From assembly GCA_965661755.1 (NCBI GenBank), contig CBFIEZ010000001.1, positions 1 through 40,238 of the forward strand: a stretch of 40,238 nucleotides of DNA. The letters are read 5' to 3'. Below are positions 30,148 through 39,320 of this stretch, in pieces (within the stretch, counting starts at the first letter, position 1; each line of letters starts with the position of its first letter). The position numbers were made by a program, and so were the translations under genes. The DNA comes from Minisyncoccia bacterium (GTDB lineage Bacteria; Patescibacteriota; Minisyncoccia; Phycocordibacterales; DATDWN01). The notes under the pieces are model-generated. The model was not told where the DNA came from. It saw nothing but the letters and a program-made list of their open reading frames with translations, and did not search any database.

Positions 30148-30689
30148 TATGTACAGCATGCCTTGGGAAAAAGCAACTATCTATTTATTGAGAAGTATTC
30201 GACTGAAACAAAGTCTTACCTATGGGCATACATATGGTAGATTGTGGAAAGTGTAAATGAACTGGTCTTGAGCCCGTCACAGAACAAACTAAAGAAAGCA
30301 TCATACTATTTAGCAAGACACTCAACACCCCAGTAGAAGCCTGGAAGTTTAGGTTAGAAGATATTGTATCTGGGCATCATGTCCAAGATTGTTGTGAGTC
30401 AGTATATATTGACTTTGAGCATGTTGATGCCCAAAGAATGGAAATCAATGAACTATGAACTATCACTAAGGTAGAGATAGCAACAGCACCAGAGGAATGA
30501 ATAATTGTGAATCTCTATAATTGAGAGAGAGATATGTTTGCATATAATAGAGTGTCAGTCTTCCTAGCATGTAGGAATCAACAAAACTGATACTACTCTG
30601 ATGATCTCACGCTAAGGGTAGATGTAGAATGAGAAGTAATAGAGTTTGAGCTCCAGGCATTAGGAGCTGTGAAAAATGAAATAGACTAA
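30135..30689 (+). CDS. Zinc-finger protein with DnaJ-type CxxCxGxG motifs (184 aa)
   Basis: CTACLGKK and CGKCK[TGA]TG near the N-terminus. 8 in-frame TGA. Last gene of the plus-strand arm. Confidence 0.45.
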
Positions 30690-30696
30690 ACTAAAA

Positions 30697-30727
30697 AAGA
30701 CCCCCTTAATGGAGAGTCTTTTTTTAT
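30697..30727. terminator. Bidirectional terminator at the convergence of the two arms
   Basis: An A-run, then the imperfect hairpin AAGACCCCC-TTAAT-GGAGAGTCTT, then a T-run, between the last plus-strand gene and the last minus-strand gene. Confidence 0.45.
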
Positions 30728-31761
30728 TGTTGTAAATCGATTGCTCTAGTCACTAATAATATACCTTCTTCTCTAATTGCTTTCCTTTCTCTATCTTTTG
30801 TAAGAGTCACTCCAGTCTTAATAAGATCAAGATATGTCTGCTCATCATTCCCTAAAGTCCTCTTTCCAAGGAAGGCTGCTACCATTAGCATCATTTCTCC
30901 CCTCAAGACATCATCAAATGGTCTATTTCAGTCCCATATTCATGCCTCTTTGGCTTGTTCTAGTAGGATTTTTTCATCCAGGCTTCATCGCTTGGCTCTA
31001 GCTACCATAAGGACTGCCTCATATCTCTTTAATGTAGCATTTAGCCTCTCTCAATTTGTAATTCATAGAGAAATAGCTTTTTGGATGGTTCTGTTGTCTT
31101 GTGCTATTCTCGCCTGGTCTACACTTGTTCCAGTTGGGCGTGCCATACAAGAATACAAAATATCAAAATCACTATATTTTATATAGAAGTGTCATGTGCC
31201 ATCCCATGCCTTAGGTCACATCGAATCTTTGACTCTAAATAGTTGTGTATCATCATCATACCCATTTATCTCAAAGAAATGTCCTGGGCCAGGAGCTCTA
31301 ACTGCAATGTTGTCTTCATTTGCTCTCATCTTAGCAAAATCTATAGTGCAACTTCCTGTGACTATAGTTTGGTTCTTAAAGATAACTTGCTTGACCTCAT
31401 TTGCATTTGCGCACCTTACCCATCCATTATACCAACTTTTAGCCTGCCCAAAAGATAATAGTAATGACATAGACCAACCAGAGGTAGGAGACAACCCCCA
31501 TCACTTTATAGCTTCCGCATTCCACTGGTAAGGATCTTGGTTATCAATGAGCTGATCGTTAATCCCCTGTCTATTTCCATAGAGACCACATGAACAATAG
31601 CTATCCTCATGGAGGTATTGGCTAAATGCTTCTTGGTCTACAATGTTCCACTTCTTGGGAAGATCCATAGCAGCAGATCCTGTATCAGAATATAGGAAAA
31701 CTGTAGCTAAGTTGGTATCGTCAATAGCAGAATCTAAATGTACTGTTTCTATTTGTGCCAT
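30724..31761 (-). CDS. Papain-like (C1-type) cysteine peptidase, candidate endolysin endopeptidase (345 aa)
   Basis: SYCSCGLYG (Cys region), GHFFEINGYDD (His region), and VKDSM[TGA]PKAWDGT[TGA]HFYI, which matches NSWG..WG..GY. 9 in-frame TGA, checked. Downstream of the holin gene. Confidence 0.5.
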
Positions 31762-31985
31762 AAGAATGCCATGAGTAACACAACTAAAGGAAATATATTA
31801 ACACACTTCTTAAGTATTCGATCTCCTATTCTTACTAGCCTTTTGGAAAGGACTCTACACCAATACACAACACTAGGTCGTATTGCATCAAGTCTCTTTC
31901 CTATAATATCTTGCCACTTACACAACCACCTAAAGAAATTAGGTAGCACTCCATTTCCACCCTTCCGGGAGGGATATGTTTTCAT
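31749..31985 (-). CDS. Small basic protein with a C-terminal TM segment (78 aa), possibly a lysis accessory protein
   Basis: ORF-track ORF ending in TAG, between the holin and peptidase genes. Confidence 0.4.
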   Translation of the reverse strand: MKTYPSRKGGNGVLPNFFRWLCKWQDIIGKRLDAIRPSVVYWCRVLSKRLVRIGDRILKKCVNIFPLVVLLMAFLWHK

Positions 31986-32001
31986 AGTAATAGGTTAAGA
32001 T

Positions 32002-32460
32002 CTAATTTTTTACTTGAGTATCCAGCCAACCAATAAGTTTGTCATATACTTTATTGAGTAGTGCAAGCATGAGGTTGAGGATTCTACTGATAACATCCTG
32101 CTCGGTACTCTCTACTCCTGTGATTATTGCATTGATATTTTGTATTGAGCTTATTAGTTCAGCAACACTCAATAGAGCAAAGACTCCAGTGAGGAAAGCA
32201 TCTCCATATTGAGATAGCTGAGACTGTTGTATGAGTAGATTAAGCAAGAATGGAATACAAAGCATGAACATCTTAGCACCTATTCCAAACCAAATACTCT
32301 TAGATCTTAGCTTTCATAGTCTCAGACCTTTTCAGATCCCAGTGAGAGTATCAAAGACAAAGAATAGAGATAATGTTACAAATGCTAATGCATATGCATG
32401 GTAGAATGTTGCTGTTACGGTACACACGATATATGAGCATAGTGCTATTGCTTTAAGCAT
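32002..32460 (-). CDS. Holin, holin_4_1/toxin-secretion type (152 aa)
   Basis: Multiple TM segments. FDTLTGI[TGA]KG..L[TGA]KLRSKS..FG..AK and ..VAELISSIQN resemble this holin family. Confidence 0.5.
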
Positions 32461-32491
32461 ATTTTTTGTTTTTGTTTATCGATAATAAAGA

Positions 32492-32800
32492 TTATTTTGT
32501 TATAAGCATTTTCCCTTCTCCATAGACTACTCCTAACTCATTCTTGTATTGTCTTATATTTCTCATTGTGCCATTCACAGTATCATAGTCTCTAGTCCAT
32601 CCTGCTATTTGCATATCTCCTGCAAGCTCTATGAGTGTCTTTTTTCTACCATCGATCATATCAGATACATCCATTGCAATTGCATCATCCATTCACTCAA
32701 ATTGCATATATATCTTATCTCAAGCCTCAAAGCCAAATGCTAAAAGATCAGGAGACCTTGAGAATATAACATCTATTATGTTTCCTATTTCTGGTGTCAT
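32492..32800 (-). CDS. Hypothetical protein (102 aa)
   Basis: ATG 32800 to TAA 32492-32494, 2 in-frame TGA, checked. Confidence 0.45.
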
Positions 32801-32804
32801 CTTT

Positions 32805-33512
32805 CTAATTAAAGAATGGTAAAAAGCCTGCTGTATTTGCTGCTGTAAATGGGTAAGTTATACCAGCCCCTCCATTATAATGTTCTAGGACTTCTGCAGC
32901 AGATAACTTTTTATTCCATACTCCCGCCTCATCCATTCTTCCATCCCAGTACCATATGTGATAAAATCATAGGTTAAATAGATTTCATTTATCACTTGAT
33001 CCACCGCTTCCAGAGCTAGAGAAACTAGCTATTTCTGTACCATTAAGGTATCATTTGACAGTAGATCCATCATAAGTCAGTGCAACATGATACCATGTGC
33101 TTAAAGTAAGTGTCTGATTTACTACTTGCTGATCTGTACCTACTGCATCACGATTTCTAGTGAATACAAGACTCTTTGTTCCCCCTCCCCATGTATCTTT
33201 GTCATACCATATAGCAAAAAAGTTGTTTCCTGTTGTGGTAGATAGTGAGATAATATTTTGAGCTGATGTCGGATTACTTGCAGGACGTATCCAGCATGCC
33301 ATAGAAAAAGCACTACCACCATTGATTCCTAGGTTGCTACCTATTCCAATCTTTTGACTACTAGCTGCAACAAAATCATATGCTCCTCAAACTTTACCTG
33401 AGGCATTATATGATGCCCCAGTTGCGGTAAGATTATATGCACTTAGAGCACCATTTGTATTATTCTCTAAAGCCCAGTATTCTACTAGGTTTGTAAGCAA
33501 TGTTGATGACAT
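32805..33512 (-). CDS. LamG/concanavalin-A-like lectin-domain protein (235 aa), probably a tail or receptor-binding accessory protein
   Basis: ..WYHVALTYDGSTVK[TGA]YLNG......GRMDEAGVWNKKLSAAEVLEHYN is the Laminin_G_3 pattern. 4 in-frame TGA, checked. Confidence 0.6.
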
Positions 33513-33513
33513 A

Positions 33514-35214
33514 CTATGCTGTTGCTACACAACGCCACTTACTAGCCGCAGCATTCCAGATAAAGCCAACTACTAGCATAGTGGAAATTACAGTTGTTGA
33601 AGGGAGTGTAACAGTTGATGACTCAAAACTAGATCCCCATGTAATTGCTCTTGCTGTCCCATTGTCTGTAATCCTTACTATCAACATATCTCAATCAGTA
33701 GGAGTTCCAGACAGATTAGTTGTCATTGATGTAATCGCCTGTGCAAGTCCTGTGATTGATGCAACATCCATATTATCTGTATTGATAGTTGGTGTTGCTG
33801 ATTGTGTGACTGTAGAAACTCTTTTTGTCACTCTCTTGTTTGTGAGTGTGTCTGTTGTTGCTTTTCCAACAAGTGTATCTGTAGCATCAGGTAATGTTAT
33901 TGTCCTATCATTAGTATGATTTGATGCAATAGTCATAGTCTTTGCTGTAGTTGCACCAGAAAGAAGAAAGGCAAGTGCCTTTGTTAAGTCTGCTGCAGCC
34001 CCTACCTTTGTTGTAGAATCTGAGAGGGTTTTATTTGTAAGTGTTTGAGCTGTTGTTTTATCAACTGTTGTTGCAGTATCGATAGAGAAGACATTTCCTG
34101 AAAGCCCAATACCTGTTCCAGGTGTGTATGTACCTGCACCAGCAATCTGGGCAAAAACGACACTTGTTGAGCCAAGTGTGATACTATTGTTAGTACAAGT
34201 CCATTGCGTATCTGCATTTGTAGTACCTTCTTTTATGAGTACAGTTGCTGAAACAAGTTCAGCTCCAGTATCAGAATCAGTTGCTCTAGTTGGTGCTCCA
34301 GAAGCAGCTACAACATAGATACCATTTTCAGCACCAGATGACTGGTTTTTGATGAGAATACGATCTCCCGTAACAAGAGACACTCCATCTACTGTCTGTC
34401 CATTTGCAAAAGCCGATGCAAGAGTCCCATTAGCTGTAGTTGCAACTCTTACTGCTGTTTTCCATGTGATACCTGTAATGTAATTATCAACATAATTCTT
34501 TGTCGCAGCATCTTGAGCAGATGTAGGATCTGTAACATTAGTGATCTTATGTGAGTTCATAGAAACATCTGCACTAGGTGCTGCCATTTGATCTAATCTA
34601 GAAGTTCTAACTTGTGTGTCAAAGTCAGATATAGTTGATGCTGTTTGAGTCCCTGTATGATTAGCTCTTGCCTTTAAGTTTGCATCTGTATCATTTGCAG
34701 TTGCTCCAGAAGCTATACCTGCAAGTTTAGTTTTCTCTGTAGCTGTATAGACTTTATTTGTAGTACCATTCACATGATTATCTGTGTTGAATGCATCCGC
34801 AGCCTTATTTGTTGGGTCATAAGTAGAAGCAAGCATATCTCCACTTCCTAGACCATTATCTCCAATATATTTTACCCAAAGACCGGCAAAATCTCCTGAT
34901 GCAGGAGGAGTGTTTGTGTTAGTCACAAGTTGTGCTGTATACTTAAGAGAACCACTTGGTGTATATGAAAATCATGCTCCTCATGTACTAGAGGCATATG
35001 CTATCCAAAGATATTGAGACTGTCCATCATCTCCAGGATCTCCCTGGTCTCCTTGATCTCATTGGTCTCCCTTATCTCCTTTAAGACCTTTTAGATCAGA
35101 CCATAGAGCATAGTAGATCTTATCTCCATCCTCACTATTGGCAATTTGTACCTTATCATTAGCCGCAGGCGTAACCTTCCTGGAAAAGTCATCAGGAAAT
35201 ATCTTAACTGTCAT
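33514..35214 (-). CDS. Tail fibre with an N-terminal collagen-like repeat (566 aa)
   Basis: GLKGDKGDQ[TGA]DQGDQGDPGDDG is eight consecutive Gly-X-Y triplets. The rest is a T/S/A/N/G-rich shaft. ATG 35214 to TAG 33514-33516, checked. Confidence 0.65.
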
Positions 35215-35231
35215 TTTTGTTTTTGTTTGAT

Positions 35232-35411
35232 CTAAATAGCTGGTCTAGCAGTCCATACTGTGTCTTGTGCATAGTCTGGATCTGCATGTACTTGCTCAAC
35301 TAAGCTATCATCACTTGAGATATTCACTAAAGATCCAGAGCCATCACGGACTTGGAAATCATAAATATCAGATGTTACAGCCGGTCTACGAGACCAAGAA
35401 GTCGGAGCCAT
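35232..35411 (-). CDS. Hypothetical protein (59 aa)
   Basis: ATG 35411 to TAG 35232-35234, directly upstream of the tail fibre gene. Confidence 0.35.
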   Translation of the reverse strand: MAPTSWSRRPAVTSDIYDFQVRDGSGSLVNISSDDSLVEQVHADPDYAQDTVWTARPAI

Positions 35412-35548
35412 AGAATTATAGTAGCTTGACTGCTTTGATTGACAACGTATGGGAGAAAAATGGGAGAAAATGGAGAGAAAAAAGATTGACTTGATTTCTA
35501 CGAGAAAACGGCTTTACTATGCGTAGATTTATCCTTTTCTACAAAGCC

Positions 35549-36340
35549 ATGAAAAAGACTATTATTGCTATATTGGCATCCTTCCTTCTAGTGGGATCTA
35601 CCTTTGCATATACCCCAGCCATGGAGGCAAAAATATCTGCAGTTCAACTAAATGATGCAGAGCAAACTATGTATGATAAGCTAGTTGCTATAATTTGACC
35701 TAACATTGATAAGTATGGAGAAACCTATAGAACAAAGGTTCTTAGAATACTTAATAGTGTTGAGAAGAAGTCTAGTGGAGTGAGAATGAAAGCCTTAGTA
35801 AGGCAAATTTCTGACTACACAGAAAATTATGCTAATGATTCAGCATTAGATGATTTATCTGATTTGGCAAATGCCATAAAGGACAATTCACAGTCAAATA
35901 ATGAGACTTGAGGGTCTACACAGCAAGTAACTACTCCACCAGTTGACTATGATAAGATGTCATGGGATGCTATAAATAGTGACCCAATTGTCACAAGCTA
36001 CTTCTTCTCAAAGAGACCATCAAAGCTACTAAAGATAGGTATTGTAGAAGATGATAGAATACTCACAAAGCTAGATAGTACCTACCCAGACTTATGGTCT
36101 TGGACATATAAGATCTCATCATCATGTGACCTTACATCAGTTGTGTGAAAATCAGTATTAGTAGGAACATATGCAGAAAATCAACCTTATTCATACTACC
36201 TATATGCACCAGATGGAAAGGGGGCATTTATAAAATGTGAACTCACTAGTGAAAAGGCTCTCCAAAATATAGATTGGATGAGTAGACCACAAGATGTACA
36301 ATGGCTAAGAGCAAATGGGTATGATAAAAGTATTAGATAA
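35549..36340 (+). CDS. Secreted protein with a signal peptide (263 aa); an opposite-strand moron inside the late arm
   Basis: MKKTIIAILASFLLVGSTFA signal-like N-terminus. 3 in-frame TGA, checked. It has its own upstream region and a terminator. Confidence 0.55.
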
Positions 36341-36344
36341 TAAG

Positions 36345-36373
36345 AAAAAGAGTAGGGATTATCCTACTCTTTT
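36345..36373. terminator. Bidirectional rho-independent terminator
   Basis: AAAAA-AGAGTAGG-GATTAT-CCTACTCT-TTT: a perfect 8-bp stem flanked by an A-run and a T-run. Confidence 0.6.
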
Positions 36374-36376
36374 CTA

Positions 36377-36463
36377 TTAACACATTTTACCTCCTTTCTT
36401 CGCTGGGGCTTTTTTTGGTGCAACCTTTACAGCAACTTTCTTAGTGACTTTTTTAACAGCCAT
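36377..36463 (-). CDS. Very small lysine-rich peptide (28 aa)
   Basis: MAVKKVTKKVAVKVAPKKAPAKKGGKMC. ATG 36463 to TAA 36377-36379. Confidence 0.25.
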   Translation of the reverse strand: MAVKKVTKKVAVKVAPKKAPAKKGGKMC

Positions 36464-36489
36464 TTATGTATGTATTTTAGCTTATAAAA

Positions 36490-39309
36490 CTATTTAGAGA
36501 TTTTAATATCTTTAGGATTGAATACAACAACCTCATCTCATTTGCCACCTGTATTCTTTCGCACACCGATAAATCACTTATCTTCTACATGTGAGGTAAA
36601 CTGTCTTGTTTGACTTAATATCGGTCTTACTAATCCATTACTCTCTTGTTTTAATGCTGATTCTGACATGTCTAGATAATCAGCAAGTGCCCCTACTGAA
36701 TCAAACTTACTTAGATCCAATAGCTTAGATGTATCAATCTTAACTTCTTTAATATACTTAGCATTTCATCAACGTATTACATTCTTAGCAGCCTCTTTAT
36801 CTGGAGTAAAGTAGAATCAATGCCCCCAAAGACCATCATCAGTTTGGCTTCCTATCTTACTAGTATCAAAGCTTTCAAAGTTTTCATTTGTTCCATGATA
36901 GAATGTTTTTACTTCCATAGAATTATCACTATTAGAATGCAAAGTATCAGAAATCCTGTCCACCCTAGACTTAGGAGGAGTATCAATCACAGGACTCACA
37001 GGGCTATCTTTCGCATTTTTCTTGTAAAGACTCTTAGCTAAATTAGCTCTGAATCCTTCATTTTCAAACAATCCTTTCTTAACAAGAAGAGATCAAAGAG
37101 CCGCAGGTCATCCACTCAATATAGCTCCAATAGCAGCTATTTGTGTGTCTCCCAAACCAATAAGATTATGGTTAGCTATTCTACCTTCCGCTTGTAGAGC
37201 AGAGTTTTGAAGGACATGGGCTGCCCTTATATTATCATTCATGGTCTTAATATCAACGCCTCTTTCAGTACCAGATTTTTCAATATAATTCTGCACTACA
37301 TTTCTTTGTGACACACTTGCCTCATTATCAACAGTATTTTCAGGCTTACCATTTATATCCCACTTTATATTATCAGGGTTATAATGGTCGTAAAGCTCCT
37401 TAATAGCTTCCATTTGTGTGAATGATATATGGTCTTGGTTCTGGAGCTTCTCTAATGTATTACGGATCTTAAGTTGTGCAGGATCTACAGTCTTGAGATC
37501 TTCCGGTGTCATTTCTGCAAATGTCTTAACATCAGGATTGAGAGAATACTTAACCATTGCCTCATCAATCTTATCCTTAATAACTCTAGCCATTCTCCTC
37601 ACTTGTGGGATGACTGGAGTAGATCCCCAATCTTTCATAGAAGCCAGCTTATCATCAATGTTCTTCACTTTGAACTCTTGGGCATTATCAGCAGTATCTC
37701 CAAGTGTTTTACCTACTAGATCATTTTCCAATGCAAACTTCTCTGGTGTCATACCATTGATATTTGCCATATCTCTCTTTTGAGCTCTAGTGGTCTTCCA
37801 CTGGCTTCCTATAATCTTTTCAGCAAGAGCACTATTCTTGACTGATTTAAGAGCATTCCATGCTGTAGCTACTGGTTCTGTTGCTATCTTAGCTCCCTTG
37901 ACTGCCATATTTGCTACCTTACTTCCTTCTGTAGCCTTATCTAATGCAGAAAATCCTTTACCTATAGCAGTATCTACTCCTAGGTTTGAGACTCCAAGTG
38001 CTTTAGATCCAAACTCTCCTATCTTAGCTGCTGTTTCAGTTGCTCCAGCTACCTTTGCCACTTTACTAGTAAGACTTGCTCCTCCTCCCACAACTGTGAG
38101 AATATCAGATGCAACACCTACTGGATCCATCTCCATACTATGTTGGAAGGCATTAAGACTTCCATATCTATTCATAATATACTCTTTCCCTGCTGGTGTT
38201 GTCACAAGTTGTGCAAGACCTCTCAATGTATCATATGGATTAGTGATCCCTCTTGCAGTTGCTGTAGCTAACTTAGCTGCAGATCCAGGAGCATTCACTA
38301 ACTCATTTGGAAGACTCTTAAAATCTCCTAGAGCAATATCTCCAAAGTTCTTTTGTTTCTCTCTAATATATGTATTTACATCTCCATAGAGCCATTTATC
38401 AAATGAGCTACCATTGAATTGGTCTGTGAGTTTTTGTTTTTCTTCTGGAGAAAGAGACGCAACCCTTTCATCCACAGCTTTGTCTCTACCTGATGAGACA
38501 TCAAATGTAGGGATAAGTTGTGCAAGACTATCAAGACCTTGTGCTCACTTTCCTACTATATTAGTCCAATCTAATGTTTTCATCAAAGTAGTTTCATCAG
38601 CACCTACTTGTGCAGGAGTTCTTCTAACAGAAGTTCCTACTCCATCTGCTGGAGCTAACTCTTTATTCTGGTCATTTAATCATTCTATGGTATATCCGGC
38701 CTCCATTGCTTTTTGGAGTAGCACCGGAGCAATCTCAGCAGGACTTTTGCCTTGCTGTTTAGCTGCTAACTCCACGCTTTGCTTAAAAAAATCCTTTGAA
38801 ATGTACTTGTCTCCTTGCCCATCTTGTGTAGGAGTCGCGTTGTCTGCTCCAGGTGCACTTGGTACTCATCCTATAGGCATTTGGTCTAATGTCTTGCTAT
38901 CTACACCATATTGTCCTTGGGTAGGTCATCCATTATTAACACCAGGAACTACACCTATCTTTTTATATGCATTTTTGAACTCCTCAAGACCATCTACATG
39001 ATAGTTTTGATCTAAGTGTGATATAAGCTCATCCGGGTGTATGTCCTCAGGCTTGTTTGCTATCATAGATTGGAAATTAGAGAAAGGCACAACAGGTGTC
39101 CCATCAGTTGTGTACTGTTTCACATAATTATCTAACTTTGATACCTTTCCTATGCTATCCACAACAAAATTACCAAATGTTTGGTTCTTTGGGGTGCTTG
39201 CATATTGGTCGCGTGGAGCTGCTCATGCTTGAGGCTGTGGTGCAGGTGTTTGTTGTACCTGCTTCTTCTTATCATTAGAGAACCACGTCCTTGGATCGTA
39301 TCGTGTCAT
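36490..39309 (-). CDS. Large virion/ejection-type protein (939 aa) with a C-terminal PARP-like (H-Y-E) ADP-ribosyltransferase domain
   Basis: ATG 39309 to TAG 36490-36492. It fuses 38926..39162, 37108..38475 and 36817..37071 across 12 in-frame TGA, checked. It has an A/G-rich central region. The C-terminus carries FYHGT...GH[TGA]FYFT...GDEVVVFNP. Confidence 0.6.
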
Positions 39310-39320
39310 ATTTTTTTCTA

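Noticed and set aside
33514-35214. A diversity-generating retroelement targeting the tail fibre or the LamG protein.
   Set aside because: No reverse transcriptase ORF is present, and I saw no template/variable repeat pair anywhere in the genome.
35459-35495. A CRISPR-like or iteron array, suggested by the tandem ATGGGAGAAAA repeats and by GAGAAAAC repeats at 8975-9004.
   Set aside because: There are only three short (10-11 nt) contiguous imperfect repeats with no spacers. They are more consistent with low-complexity or regulatory repeats. No CRISPR array exists in the window.
37790-39001. Long plus-strand ORFs (37790..38389, 38414..39001; also 1401..2048 and 13815..14234) and the minus-strand ORF 23570..24031.
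   Set aside because: They are antisense shadows of verified table-25 genes on the opposite strand. They have odd composition (C/S/L/F-rich) and no motifs.
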